A stretch of 64,000 nt of DNA from Stegostoma tigrinum (lineage: Eukaryota): the NCBI RefSeq assembly GCF_030684315.1, contig NC_081359.1, forward strand, positions 12,176,127 to 12,240,126, read 5' to 3'. The notes beneath the pieces are model-generated. The model had not been told where the DNA came from, did not search any database, and saw only the letters and a list, made by a program, of their open reading frames with translations. Position numbers and translations under genes: made by a program. Below are positions 1 through 13,470 of the stretch, one piece after another (position 1 is the stretch's first letter; every line of letters begins with the position of its first letter).

Positions 1-32
<32 letters not shown>

Positions 33-242
33 TAGTGTGTGTGAGAGCATCTGTGTCAGTGTGTATGTGTGAGAGTATGTGTATGTGTCTGCATGTGTGT
101 GTGAGTGAAAGAGTGTGTGTGTATGAGAGAGCATCTCTGTGAGTATGTTTGTGTGAGAGATTGTGAATGTGTGCACGTGTGTGTGTGAGTGAAACAGCGT
201 GTGTGTATGGGAGAGAATCTGTGCCAGTGTGTGTATGTGAGT

Positions 243-452
243 AAAAACCGAAAGAACTGTGGACGCTGTAAATCAGGAACAAAAACAAAGTTGCTGGAAA
301 AGCTCAGCAGGTCTGGCAGCATCTATGGAGGACAAAACAGAGTTAACATTTAGGGTTCTGAAGAAGGGTCACCGGACGCGAAACGTTAACTCTGTTTCCT
401 CCTCCATAGATGCTGCCAGACCTGCTGAGCTTTCCCAGCAACTTTGTTTTTG
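243..452. mobile_element. Palindromic (inverted pLTR pair) non-coding PLE derivative, family B
   Basis: Arm ~279-351 is the near-perfect reverse complement of ~381-452. An extra ~36 nt tail (243-278) is present on one arm only. The same sequence recurs at 53642-53785 and 55001-55233. Confidence 0.8.
352..393 (+). ncRNA. Minimal type I hammerhead ribozyme motif (PLE family B)
   Basis: agggtt-CTGAAGA(358-364)-A-gggtc/accg/gacgc-GAAA(380-383)-CG-TT-aactct. Helix I has 6 bp including one G.U; helix II has one mismatch; helix III is the palindrome ACGT. Confidence 0.7.
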
Positions 453-462
453 TGTATGTGAA

Positions 463-532
<70 letters not shown>

Positions 533-550
533 TGTATAGTGTGGTGGGGG

Positions 551-724
551 TCACCTGTAGTGTGACATGAACCCAAGATCCTGGTCGAGGCCGTCTTCAT
601 GGGTACCGGACTTGGCTACCAGCCTCTGCTCGGTGACTCTGTGTTGCTGTGTATCCCAAAGGGCGTCTCGGAGGATGCCGACCCAAAGATTCAAGGCCAA
701 AAGCCCTTGAATGCTGAAGCATTC
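551..724 (-). mobile_element. PLE (family C) C-terminal GIY-YIG endonuclease remnant
   Basis: Manual translation ECFSIQGLLALNLWVGILRDALWDTQQHRVTEQRLVAKSGTHEDGLDQDLGFMSHYR* resembles the PLE endonuclease C-terminus (HF..GHS...R..EQ.LI..F.T..GLN.D.GF). Confidence 0.7.
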
Positions 725-727
725 CTA

Positions 728-1165
728 CTTTTGGAAATAAAATCAGCCTGACTCCAAGTTAAAACGCAGACAGATTCTGAACAAGGCCTCACACCTAAAA
801 TGCATTATCTAAGCTGAGATGAACACATCTGGTATATTGATAAAACCTTTAGTTATCACAGGGCAGCAACTTGATATAAATTCTGGGATTTATGTATCAA
901 TCAATCGAAAACTGCGTTTCCTTCTTAACTGATTAAAGATTTAACAGACATCTTACATTTGTTCAGTAGAATTGCATCAGTTCTGTGACCCTTTGGTCTT
1001 TTACTTGTAAAATCTGAGTCTGATGCCACCTCCCTCACTATCACCTGAAGAAGGAGCAAGACTCTGAAAGCTTGTGTTTTCAAATAAACCTGTTGGACTA
1101 TAACAGTGTTGTATGATTTTTGACCCTGTCTGCACCAGTCCAACATCAGCACCTCCGCATCATTC
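728..1165 (+). mobile_element. PLE family C 3' region/pLTR, inverted relative to 551-724
   Basis: Contains a hammerhead core followed by aaataaacctgttggactataac, which is shared with 27597-27779. Confidence 0.65.
1042..1076 (+). ncRNA. Minimal type I hammerhead ribozyme motif (PLE family C)
   Basis: cac-CTGAAGA(1045-1051)-A-ggag/caaga/ctct-GAAA(1066-1069)-GC-TT-gtg. Helix I is cac/gtg and helix III is the palindrome AGCT. Confidence 0.7.
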
Positions 1166-1169
1166 CACA

Positions 1170-1570
1170 CTTGAACCACTCTGTGTCAAAAACATCGGTC
1201 CTCGTGTCTTTTTAAAATCCTTTTCCTCTCATTTTAAAAATGTGTCCCCTTGTCTTTAAATCACCCATCTGAGGGGAAAAGCCACTTGCCATTCACCTTA
1301 CCCATACCCCTCATGATTTTATAAACCTATAGAAAATGCATTCCTCAACATCCTACGCTGCCTCTCCTTATAACTTAAACCCTCCAGTCCCAGAAATATC
1401 CCAGTAAATATTATCTGAACCATCTCTAGCTTAATAACATCCTTCCTATAACAGACAACCAGGACTGGACACAGTACTCCAGAAGAGGCCTCAATAACAT
1501 CCTGTATAACCTTAACATGATGTCCCAACTCCTAATCACAAAGGTCTGAGCAACAAAGGCATGCTGTTCT
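1170..1570 (-). mobile_element. CR1 (HER1-like) LINE ORF2 3' fragment
   Basis: Frameshifted CR1 motifs (RPLLEYCVQ.W, RKDVIKLE.VQ, GLEGLSYKER). Confidence 0.8.
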
Positions 1571-2319
1571 TCAGAATGGAAAAAGATTGTAAATAGTGTT
1601 CCACGAACACGATTATGGGACTACAATTGTCCTAAACTTACATTGAAGTTTTGGACTGAGGAATCAAAACTGCAAGGATGTGAGTATATGGGAGAATATA
1701 TTTCCAGTTTAAGCCTGCCTTATCGACAGTGAAAATATGCTGGGAACCGATCCAGCAATCCAAAAAGAAGACATCTGCCTCCTTGGGGGCAAGAAATCCA
1801 ACAAAGCTGCTAGCCAATCTGACCCTAGCAAGGGGTATGGGTTTGAGGTTTAAGAGCTGGAGAAAAGGTACAAAGAGAAGGCACATTCTGAGGAGGACAG
1901 AAATGGGCTTACCCAATGAACATAGAAGGGAGAGAAGTAACCCCTTCCCCATCTTCCACATCTTGTTCTTTAATACTTGCCAGTCTGGTCACCTTGCTGC
2001 CACTTATCCTAGCCAGTTCAATAGGCCAGTGGAGGCAATTAAGTGACAGTTAATTGGCTCCTTAATAACTTTAACAGACACCAGGATGAATGGATGGCTT
2101 CATGCCTTACTCACTCCTGTAATATATGGGAAGATGTTGGAGGTGAACAGGAAGGGAAAGCAACCTACATTATTTTGCACTTGCCCCTCCTTACAAAATG
2201 CTGGCAGGAGGCCATAGAATTTTGCCCACAGTTCTTAAATTTGCATATGACACCAAATTGGAAAAGGGATGTAGAGTCAATACTGAGGAGGATTGCAACA
2301 GGTCACAGGATAATCTTGT

Positions 2320-3050
2320 TGAATGGTCATTCTTAAATGAAATCTAATACAGATAAATGTGATGCATACAATTTGACAGGGAGAATATGTCAATCTCTTA
2401 ATACTTGAAATGTGAAAATCCAGAAAAACATAATGTCAGTCCATAAATACATAAATCACTGAAAGTTGGTGCTTCAGGTTAGCAAGACCCAGAAAGCAGC
2501 AAACCTAATACAACTTATTTCTTGTGGGATAGGCATGAAAATTAGTGAAATTATGCTAAACCTGTTTCAACTAGATCACACTTGGAGTACTACCTGGGTG
2601 TCCTAGTCTCCCTCCAATGTGGAGCCATCGACGAGGATGGAGAGATCATTTGTAAAAATGATTTCAGAAATGGGTACATTTCAACATACATATCAACAAA
2701 GGATTTAAACTTCAATCTCTGAAGGATGGCCTGACAAATCTGTTTCAAACTTGAAAGAGTTTCCTTAGGGTGGGTAGAGAAAGAAGCTTCTTCTTTTGGG
2801 GAAAAGCATAACTAGAGGCTATTAATATGATCATCAAAACATCAATTAGGAATCCACAAGAAATTGCTTCACCCAAAGAGAGTGGTGACAATGTGGAATA
2901 TGCTACTAGGCGGTGTGGTTGCTTTGCATATTCTAAATGCATTTTAAGGAGATGGCCTGTGTAGATGACAGAAGTTGGGAGGAGGCCTAAGTGGAGTATA
3001 AGCATCAGCCTCACTTGGTTGAGCTGAGAGGCCCATTTCTGCGCTGAATG
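2320..3050 (+). mobile_element. Old degraded CR1 3' fragment
   Basis: Residual CR1 motifs (aatacagataaatgtga, cacacttggagtac, cccaaagagagtggtg, 3' tail-like ggcccatttctgcgctg). Confidence 0.55.
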
Positions 3051-5819
3051 TCATACAGATGTTAAATTCTAATTTGATTTTGTGGCAATCTATAATACCT
3101 TTTTTCATAGCTGACATCCTCTTCTAAGAATGTAGGCCTTGTCTGAAAAGTGTCTGATTCCTATGTATGAAGTCCAGGCAGCCACATTTTAATTTACCAA
3201 GAGAAGGCAAGATTTGAAGTTCAGTCTAAAGTGCTTGTAAGATACCACCCACTTGCTCCTCACTGAGAAAGAGTGGTTTCCCCATTATTACTCATACCTC
3301 GAGATCGGTATTGATGAAGAAGGTTGTTCTTAATTCATCCATTTTGGACAACAGGCGAGAAAGCTGACTAGTCCCTATCAATGCATTTTCAATATTCCAC
3401 CAATACATACTCACAATTGCCCATTAGATGTTTTCTAGGGGTTCATCTCCACCTCCTCGTAAGCCCATTCTTATTGTTGGTCAGCATATCAATCCTCAAG
3501 ATGTATACAACTGCTTTCAAGCTGTGTCCCATTGTTCTACTTCCACTGCTTATTTATGTACTATTCTGGATTAACCATCCAACATCAGAAACCTGCAGGA
3601 ATTCACAGTTTCTTTCCAATACCAGAATAGTTGGGGAGGGGGTGGTTAGAAAGTTCAGCCCACTATTACCTTCCTGAGCACTACGTTCCATCCTGATATT
3701 GAGGAAAACATGAGCAACCACATTAAAAAAAAAGCAATTGGGTCATCATTTTAAAAATACCCAAACAGCTAACAGATGTTACTTACAATTCTGCCTGGAA
3801 TTAATGCTTGCTGCAAGCAGTAAACATGTGTTGGGACAGGAGTAATTTAGTTTTCCACATCAGTCAGTGAAATGACTAGTGGCTGTGTTGTTACCAGATC
3901 AATACATGCAACACATTTCTGACATATTTCAGAAGACTAATGTTCCATTTATTCATTCATTTGTTGTCTTTCCAATGAGAGTTAGGGAGTTAAACTGAAG
4001 CTCTGTATTTATTTAAGTAGATTGTGTAAATTGATACAAAAATTGTATTATCATTATAAAATATAACATTGAAAATATTCAACAAAGTACAAAATATTGA
4101 GTCAATTAAAATTGAATATTATTAAATTATACCATAATGCAAATAATATTAGTCTAAATAAATATAATTAATACATACTAGGATAAAGTTTTGACCTTAT
4201 GAATGATCAGCAGTTCAGGAACCAATTGGGAAATTAATGTGAATTTATTGCTTAAGTTTCCACTTCAACTCATTTGCTCACTTACAAATTTAAAATCTTC
4301 TACAAACCGCATAATTGGGCAATGTTTTCAAAAAGTAATTGTGTATTTTCATTTTCTTGCTTTAAAAATACTCCTTGATATTTTTAAGAGTCTTGGCATC
4401 AAGCAGTTTCATAAATAGGGCTGAAAATGGACTTAAAATAAAAATGTGTTTTAATTAGGATTTCTATTCCTCCATCTGATAATCATCTAACCAACTGAAA
4501 ATAACACAAAAAACTTTACCGAAAACCATTTGTTTAGTTTATTTGGTGTGTACAGTCAACTTTTTAGGAAATTAACTATAGTTTATAGATGTAAATTTAA
4601 ATGTAAATTATTCAATCTAGATAATTTTGCCATCTGCACAAGATGTAAAAGAGATCATAAATTGTTAAAAGAAAACAAACTTTCTTCTACAATTTAAAAA
4701 CTGACTTTGCTGGACTAGAGTGGCTACTGCAGACTGCAATGATTCACAAGTTGACCACAATCCGGAAACATCCAACTGTTATAACGAGCACAAAGCGGAA
4801 CAAATTCATGTTGTGGAATTTCTCACCTATTACTTGCATGGGTGGTGCAAAATCAGAGAGACATTGAGAGAAAACTCTGGATTGATAACAAAAGGAGACA
4901 CATCACAATGCAAACACTAACCACTATCAGGCAACTGTTAAAGTGAGCAATGGGTTTTGACCACTATCATAGAAATACCTTGTTCATTAAACTGAGTCAT
5001 CTATGGACAGCATTACATCAGCAACTGCTCTGGCCTTTTCAAGAATCTTTAAATTATACACTTCTGAAACCTTGTCTCAACCTACTTTTAACATTCAGCC
5101 CATCAGCAGCAGGAGACAGGGCTCCAGACTGCTACTCAATTCTGCCTCACATCCAAATCTCCTTCAAGCTTAGTCCTGGAAAATCCTTGTATTTTGCCTA
5201 CAAAGACAAATAATCTTGCTGCATCATCTCCAACTTCAAAGGAGTTCCACCATACCCTGCCTTCAGCTACCTGGGCATATTTCATTCCTGAGTGAAGAAA
5301 CCCTCACTGGATGCTTTCATGTAAATTAATATCTATATGTTTATTGTTTCAATATTCAAAAAGGTGATTTTTTTCTGTGTCCTTTGTATGTGCATGTATA
5401 AGTGCATGTGTGTAAAGTTGTAAAGACTGCCTGGTTTGAATGTGTGAATAAATAATGCTCCTTGTTTAAACTTGACAGTTTGTTGTGACCAGCACAAAAC
5501 ACACCACAGCCATCTCAAATGCTGATAGAAGTAGTCTTCAACCAAATGAAGGGAGACTGTTATCAGTCAACGAGCAGTGTCCAACCTCAGTCCAGGGGCT
5601 TTAGACATGGTCAGCTTGCTCCTTGGGTGGTCAACAACAAAACGTTCTGTATTTTACATTCCCAGGATTAGACCTTGATAACTGCTACAGATTCAGTACA
5701 ACGACTCATGGAACTAATGCTTAAGTCAAGGTCTTAATCACGAGATGACAAGTGTGTTTGCTTGCTGAAGATTGTGCAATATTCAATATCAATTGCAACT
5801 GTTCAGGTATTGAAGGATG

Positions 5820-6440
5820 CATGTCTAGGAAGACTGGACAATCTTTAAACTGAGCCTGATAAGTGGCAAGTAATAACAATGCTACACAAGTTAAGGCCAC
5901 TATCTTCCCTGTGAAGAGCAGATCAAATCATCTCTCTTTCAGTGGTATTCCCATTGCTGAATCTTCCATTATCAACATTCTGTCGATCACCATTAACCGG
6001 AAACTGAATTGAAATAGTTCGTTAGATAACTACACTGGCTGCATGAGTATGTCTGAGGCTAGGAATTATGTAGCAAGAAACTTATCTCCTGACTTCCCTG
6101 TGTCTTTCCAACAACTACATGTCACAAGTCAGGAGTAGTGCAGAAGAGTTTCCATTTTCCTGGATGAGTGTAGCTACAACATCACTGAAAAATCACCATT
6201 ATAAAGCAACTGATCCACCATCTTAAGGATTAATTTGTTCCACAGTTGCAACACAGCGGCAGCAGTGTGTACCATGTACAAGATGCATCTTAGCAAATCA
6301 TGCTGTGTCTTTTGACAGCACATATGAACCCTATGACCTCTATCAAGTAGCAAGCTAGACAAAAGACAAGTAGCTCCAGAGGAATAGCACCACTCATCAT
6401 CATTCCTTGGAATTGTCAGTTGTTCCTTAATTGTAACTGA
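5820..6440 (+). mobile_element. L2/CR1-group LINE ORF2 3' fragment
   Basis: gataagtggcaagtaa, accattaaccggaaactgaattg and cacaagtcaggagt. The same family recurs at ~12000-12680 and ~35600-37420. Confidence 0.6.
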
Positions 6441-6449
6441 ATGAAATGA

Positions 6450-6575
6450 AATAGGAAGGGTTTGGAGAGATATGGGCCAAATGCTGGATTAATTCAGGAT
6501 ACCCAGTTGGCATAGCTGAGTTGGACTGAAGGGTTTATTTCTGTGCTGGGTATCTCTGTAAATCTATGACTGTAA
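6450..6575 (+). mobile_element. CR1/HER1 3' tail
   Basis: aggaagggtttggagagatatgggccaaatgctgg...gagttggactgaaggg...ctatgact matches the other CR1 tails in the window. Confidence 0.7.
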
Positions 6576-6829
6576 GTCAGTTGGACCAATTCATCAAGTG
6601 CCACTCTCTCTTTCGCTCATCTTTTCACTGTAGGCCTGCACCTCAGAAGATCTGTCCCGACCTCACCCTGAGGCCCCCACTACCATAAGTGGGAGATTTC
6701 AACTAATGCCAGTCATCGCGCATAAAGAACAGCTGAAATCATTGTGTATTGCAACCTGTGAAATCCTTGGTTGCGGAGGAAGAGTGTGGTGTCATCTCTT
6801 CATGCATGGAGATACACACCACAATGATT

Positions 6830-6950
6830 TTTAGATTTTTAGATTAGATTCCCTACAGTGTGGAAACTGGCCCTTCGGTCTAACAAGTCCACACTGCCCC
6901 TTGAAGCATCCCACCCAGACCCATCCCCCTATAACGCACGCACCCCTGAT
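6830..6950 (-). mobile_element. HE1 SINE/HER1 3' tail fragment
   Basis: (ttaga)n tail followed by ttccctacagtgtggaaactggcccttcgg. Confidence 0.6.
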
Positions 6951-9414
6951 AAACTATGTATCTCGCAGGTGTCTTGGAACTAAGCTGGAGCGACCTACTC
7001 ATTATTCTGCAGGGTAATTTTTCGAGCATTGGGAATCTTACATGCATTAGTGGATTTTACAGTTGTTAGCTTTTACATTCAGGCATTGTCTTATTTGACT
7101 TGTTATTGTGCTGCAGGTCTATAATAGATTTCATTGAGTTGCTCAAAGATGGAAGAAAATGGACAAATTAGATTTGAGGACGTAATGTAAATGCTTATAG
7201 TCAAAGTTAGAATGAAGGTGATGGTTTAGATTAGTAAGGGAGAACAGTAAGAGAATATTGAACCTGCAGCGGTGTCTAGACTGAGTTGCTGTGGTGAAGT
7301 TTGCTGGCAGTTGATGTGTAATCTCAATGCACATGAAGACACTCTGAAGAATAATGAGGGCTCAAAATCCACTAGAGCAGGAGATAGCAATTAATAATAC
7401 AAAGGGACCACACATGTTCACCAGACTCTTAATGCACATCAGAAAGACTTTTGGCAATTATGCTGAATGAGCCTCATTCGCATTTTAAATTTGCCGTCAG
7501 AAGTTTTAATTGTAAGAACTGAAAGTCATATGCTGCAAATGGAAATATGGCTGTCAAACCGGAACAATGAAAGGTGACACTTTACATAAGGTAAACCAAT
7601 TACCAATGCTATTGACACAATGGCTGTCAGCTGGAATTCTCTCCATACTTCCTAAAGTACGACTAATACATGATTAATTCATTCCCAAATAAACCCTATA
7701 GGAACAATGTAGTGTTTCCAATGATTACGTGCTGTAGCCAGTTGTCTAAATGTTCTATGCACCTCAACGCTATTTGGCTTACTGCCTGTAATGTTCTTTC
7801 TAAAGTGATTTATAAGTTAACTATTGGCCATTTAGCTGTTTTTTTTATTCTTTCTCAGGATGGTAGTGTCATTGGAAAGACCAGCATTTATTGCCCATCT
7901 CTGATTTCCCCTGAGAAGGTGGTGAGCTGCCTTTTTGAATGCTGCAGCCCACATGGTGTACTTACAGCCCCAGAGCCATTCAGAAAGGAGTTCCACTAAT
8001 TTAAAATTTTATTCTTGAATATACTGCACAAAACAACTCAAAATCATCTGACACATGTACTGTTGACGTGACTTTGAAACAGAACACTTTGAAACGTCTG
8101 AGAGCACACCCACCAGGTCTCAATATTGTTGTAGGCATGTTAGATCTCTCTAAAGCCAAAATATTATATCTTGCTCATCTGGTATTCTGCCACACCTCAG
8201 CACAGCCTAACAGCAGTATCTTTTGAGATCAGAGGTCATTTGATCTGTGTGGGAGCTTAAATCCTTCCCAATTCTTCATTTTCTTATGATGTAAAGCTAT
8301 TGATCTCCTCAACACCAGTTACCTTTGAGATTTATTGCAGGCTGCCAGCCACTTTTAAGTTTTTCAAGCCCAATGGTTCTGAACATTTACTGTGCTTAGT
8401 AAAACTATATTAAGGTAGCTTCACACCTACAGGTATTTATCTGAACTGAACAATAGATACTGCACTTAGTCTCCTGGGCATCAATGGCAATCCATAAACC
8501 CATTTTGCTTAGAATCAGCAGAAAGGTACAAAAGAACCTAATTCACAAAGCTGCTGTTGATGGAAAAAAAATGCAAACGTCACTTTAAATATGCATTGGT
8601 TGCTTGGTGACTTTCAATTAATTTCATATTGTATTTTACATTAAATTGTTCATTAAAGAATTGAAGCTACATGCCTGACAGCTGCATTCAATAAACTGGA
8701 ACCAGCATATGCATCCTCGCGTGCATATGAATGCCTATTAGAATTAAAAACATACAAAAGCTTGAGAAGCATTGATATAGTAGACAAAAGATTCAGCTCA
8801 GTGAGGGTATGGCAGAATCATTGCCTGGTATATATGGAAGATTTTCCCTTCCACTGATGTTAACAAACTTGTGAATGGTGTGTAACTAATGGCTCGCCTT
8901 GGCTACATGGTATACACTGTGCAGTGGAGATGAATTCCCAGTGGAGGAGATTCCAGGGAATGATATCCTTGGGAGAATGTTTAGGTGGAAGACATTGTGG
9001 AAAGGATATCACAGGGTGAAGAGATACTGGATGAAATGATGGCAGAGGTAAACTTGATGGTCAAGAGAATAAATAATCATGTTAGTGTGATCAGTTCAGT
9101 GTGAATAAGAATGAGGGACATGAGATCAGTGGTGCTGGTGTGACTATTGTAAGCTGGGGTCTGGCAAGTGTGTTGAATGAAAGAACAGAGTAATAGACCA
9201 GTGGTGAAGGAATCAAGATCAGAATTGGTGGGAATGGGGAAAGGGGTGGGCTCTAACAGATCATAAAAGAAGTGAGCACAGGAAAAGATATTATGGCGGA
9301 ATGAATTGAGGTGTATTGATCACTCAGGAAAGAGCTCATCAGGGAGGAAATTGTACTGAAAAAGCTTACAGCAAAACTATAACATGGGAAAGAATTTGTG
9401 GATAAGAAAACAAA

Positions 9415-9745
9415 GAATCATAGAGCCGCTGCAGTGTAGTAACAGGCCATTCAGCCCATTAAGTCCACACTGATCTTCCAAAGATCTTCCATCCAGATCC
9501 ACCCAATCTCTATATTTCCCACAGCTAATCCACTTAGCCTGCACATCCCTGGATACTCTGGGCAATTTAACGTGCTAATCCACCTAACCTACACATCTTT
9601 GAACTTGAGAGGAAACCAGAGCACCTGGAAGAAACCCATGCAGAAGCATGTCGAATGTGCAAGCTCCACACAGATGCTTGCCTGAGACTGGGTCCCTGCC
9701 ACTGTGAGGCTGCAGTGCTAACCAGTGAATATCTGTGCTGTCCAT
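9415..9745 (-). mobile_element. HE1-type V-SINE (tRNA-derived)
   Basis: Reverse complement shows a tRNA-like head (cactggttagcactgcagcctcacag), the V-domain (tgggtttcttccaggtgctctggtttcctc...aaagatgt) and a CR1-type tail. Confidence 0.8.
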
Positions 9746-10739
9746 GGATAAGAGCTTTCAGGAGAAGATAACATAGGAGTTAGAGGTCTTATGGGGAAGA
9801 GCTTTGTAAGCAAGAGTTTATGAGGGAAGAAATCAAAACAGGGAAAGGATCGTAATGAGAAAGAAATTTGAGGTGGAAGAGTTGATGTGTAAGTATACAC
9901 AGGTAAGGAGTTAGTTGAGAAAGATATTGCATAGAGAAAGTATCAGAGGTCAAGAAATCTCAAGGAAGGATTTGCTTGGAAACAATGGTGGCAAGAGATG
10001 ATGGGGAAAAGATTGCAGGGCAATAAACCATGCTGGATTGAAGGCTCAACTCAGAAGAATCTTAAGAGAAGTATCCCACTGAACAAAGATCACAGGGGAA
10101 GGAATCATAAAGGAGTAATTTTGAAGAACAGGAAGTGGAGGAAATGATAGCAGGATAAAATTGTGAGGAAGAAATCACCAAGTAAGAAGTTGGGAGAAGG
10201 AGAGGATTGTGATGTGAAGATCATGGGGAAAAATCATAGGAAAGGCATCACAGGGAAAAAAATTACCACTGCAGGATCATAGCAAGAGGATGATATTGTA
10301 GCGAGGAGGTTACAAGAAAGAAATCACAAGGGTAAGTGTTTATAGGACAATATTATCAGGTGAGATTTGAGTTCATGGGTGGGGGAGGATCATTTTTGAT
10401 GGAGGAGATTGTCTAGTTAAGGTTTGAAGGTCAGAGCTAATTTAATTTGCAGGGAGGAGAGGTTTGCTTGAGCGGCCGAGTTTGGAGGGATTGCGGATGT
10501 TTTCCAGGCTGACAAGCAGAGCTAAAAAGGCATTCAGTCATTCTTCACTTCCTGTCAACTGTTTGATTTCCGGGAAACCCTGCCTGTATCTGTTAACATT
10601 TGAGGCGTACACCCCTATTAGCAGAATTAAATAATTGCCTACCTTTTGCGAACATGTTAAAACATCCTTTACTCCCACTTCCTCCTCATCCCCATCCGCA
10701 CAAACACCTACATACCCCCACTCATTGATTCATACACTC

Positions 10740-11910
10740 ACACAGCTCAGAAAAGGCCCTTTGGCCCATCAAGTCTGCACTGACAAAGCTACCACTAAAA
10801 GTGCACCAATCCTAATTTTCTGCACTTGTTCAATATCCTTAAATAGTATGGTACTTAAGGTATGCATCCAAATTTTTTTTAAAAGATTGTAAAGTTTTCA
10901 GTCTCCACCACCTTCCCAGGCAGTGCATTCCAGCCTCCCACCGCTCCCTGAGTGAGAAAATCTCTTCCCAAATACCCTCTCTATCTCCTCCCCTTTACCC
11001 TAAAACAATGCTCACTTATGATTGACCCCTCAACCAAGGGAACCTGCTGCTCTCTATATACCCTGTCCACACTTCACATAATCTTATACACCTCAATTAT
11101 GCCCTCCCTCAGTCTTTGCTGCTCTAAAGAAAACAATCCAAGCCTGTCTAGTCTTTCCTTATACCTCAATTTCTCCATCCCAGGCAATATCCCGGTGAAC
11201 CTCCTTTGTACCACCTTCAGTGTTATCACATTCTTCCTGTAATAAGGTGCCCAGAACTGCACACAGTACTTCAGCTGTGACCTGATCAAAGATCTGTACA
11301 ACTTCAACATTATCTCCTAGATCTTATATTCTATGCCACGACTGATGAAATCAAGTGTCCTGTATGCCTTTTTAACTATCCTATTCATGTGTTCTGCTGA
11401 CTTCAGCGATCTGTGAATAATTATCCTGTGATCCCTCTGTTCCCCTAAGCTACCCAGTGTCCTGCCACTCATTAAATGTCATATGACACTCATCTGCTCA
11501 TCTGACCAACATATGTATCACCCTGTAACCTACAACCATCTCCTTTGCTATTAGCCACCCTACCAATCTTGGTGTCATCTGCAATTTTGCTTAACATCCA
11601 CCCCACACTTTCATCTGTACTATTTACATATATAACAAATAAGGGTCCCAGAACTGATCCTTGTGATACAGTGCTAGACTGGATCCTTCAGTTACTCAAA
11701 CAACCTTTTTCCACTACCCTTTGTGTCCTATTACTAAACAAGTTTCTGATCCATCTCACTGAGTTTCCCTAAATTACATGTGCTTTCACCTTCTCAATCA
11801 GTCTCCCATGTGGGACCTTGTCAAAAGCTTTGCTAAAATCCACATAAACTACATCAAAGTTCCCTCATCCACATACTTGATCACATTTTCGAAAAATTCA
11901 AGCAAGTTTT
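10740..11910 (-). mobile_element. CR1 LINE ORF2 (RT and 3' end) fragment
   Basis: ORF 11074-11310 (LYRSLIRSQLKYCVQFWAPYYRK...RLGLFSLEQQRL). Upstream ADDTK and DFSKAFDKV motifs on the minus strand. Confidence 0.9.
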
Positions 11911-11999
11911 TTGGAATTCTTCTCCACCAATCTCCTTCACCATCAAATTCTTGGCTCCTGTGAAAATGAAGCATTCTATCCTAACCAATGATACGACCC

Positions 12000-12680
12000 A
12001 AGCTTTCTAGACTCAGGCTTGCATGTGGCAGGATTACATTTAAATCTGAGGCAGTAATCACTATCACAATCTATGGTGGAGTTTTCCACCAGCAAAATCT
12101 AAGTGACCAAAAGCATAATTGACTGCAGGGCAATGACTGAGTATCATGTGACAAAAACCTCCTGATTCCTCAAAGTCTGCTACCATGTAAAAGGATCGAG
12201 TATTAATGGGATGGAATACCTATTGCTTTCCTGCAAGAGCTGCACCTGCAGAAGCAATCAGAAGCTCAGACTTTTCAGGACAGAGCACCACTCTCGATCA
12301 GTGCCCCAGTCATCAGATTCAAACTCCACTTTTTGCCAACAGTCGCACTCTGTGACTGAAGTAGCAGACAATCCACAGGATTCCCTTCCGCAATTAATCC
12401 CGATCATTTTGATACCACCTGAATCCCCAAGATTTTGACAAAAAGAAGGACAAGAGTGGCAATGGCACGGGAATGCAACCGACTTCAAGCACACCTCTTA
12501 AGCCACGTGGACTAGAAAATGTATCGGCATTCTTTTGTTGTTAATGGGGTCAGTATCTTGAAATTCCCTGTGTGACAGCACTGTGGGAGTGCCATCACCA
12601 CAAGCATCACAGCAGTTCAAAGAAAAAAAACAATACTTTACTGGGGCAATGACTGTGATCTTCCTACCAGCCACATACCA
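12000..12680 (+). mobile_element. L2/CR1-group LINE 3' fragment
   Basis: gggatggaatacc..ttgc..cctg, gacagcactgtgggagtgccatcaccaca and cagcagttcaaag; same family as 5820-6440. Confidence 0.55.
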
Positions 12681-13470
12681 ATGTTACTATTCAATGTGTA
12701 CCTGAGGTCCTGGTATATGCTCCCATTTTATTAAAGCTAAAAGCCTTGTGCTGAACATCGAACTGTCGGAATGTGTCTTCATTGGAATGGCCCCAGAAAA
12801 TACATTTTGTAAAATTCAAAAAGCAATAAACATAAATATGGATTTTAGATTATCTTCCAGCTTTTCATTTAGAATTGAGTGTGAGATGAATTAATTGAGC
12901 AGATGGATCGAAAGACATTCAGGAACTTAATTTTGTGATTCAGTATTTTCTCTGGCACCAGTGAGCAGACAGAGTTCTAGCCTTCCTTTCAGAATTAAAT
13001 GGGATGTTACCTATTAAATGCCTTCCTCCCGATTTCTATTTTTAAAACCTGGGTGTATTTCAAAACATGTATAAAAGAAGAGCTGTAATTTCTTGAGGGA
13101 AGCAAATTAGGAAAGAAATATGTACTTGCAAATAGATCCCATATTCATAATAATTACTTTATTACATGCGTGTTTAATTCCCCATGGAGAATCAGTGAAT
13201 TGTATAAGTATTCAAATTGCTTGGATATATTTTTATCTGTAACATTTTTAAATCAAATTAAAAACGCAGACTTTAAGAAAAGTAGCAATATCCAAATTAT
13301 AAAGTAAAGCAAACAACCAGCTCCAGGCAGGAGAGCAACAAATATTCTGCTTAATTTTCAGTAAATGGATAGGATCATTTTGGTCCACCTTCAGCAGTGA
13401 ATTAGGTTTGCCAAACAAATGATAATGTGCTTTCTGGACGCGAGTACATGGAAAAATATGACAATTAATT

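Larger units (their letters stand above)
1..540. repeat. (GT)n/(GA)n degenerate microsatellite tract, interrupted by a palindromic insertion at 243-452; near-pure (TG)n at ~467-526
   Basis: Directly visible. It lies 3' of the minus-strand PLE endonuclease remnant at 551-724 and is probably that element's CA-rich 3' region. Confidence 0.9.

Noticed and set aside
56-600. His/Thr-rich and Cys/Val-rich ORFs
   Set aside because: Translations of (CA)n/(TG)n microsatellite and pLTR sequence.
4000-4700. Very AT-rich block as origin or matrix-attachment region
   Set aside because: Composition alone gives no specific support.
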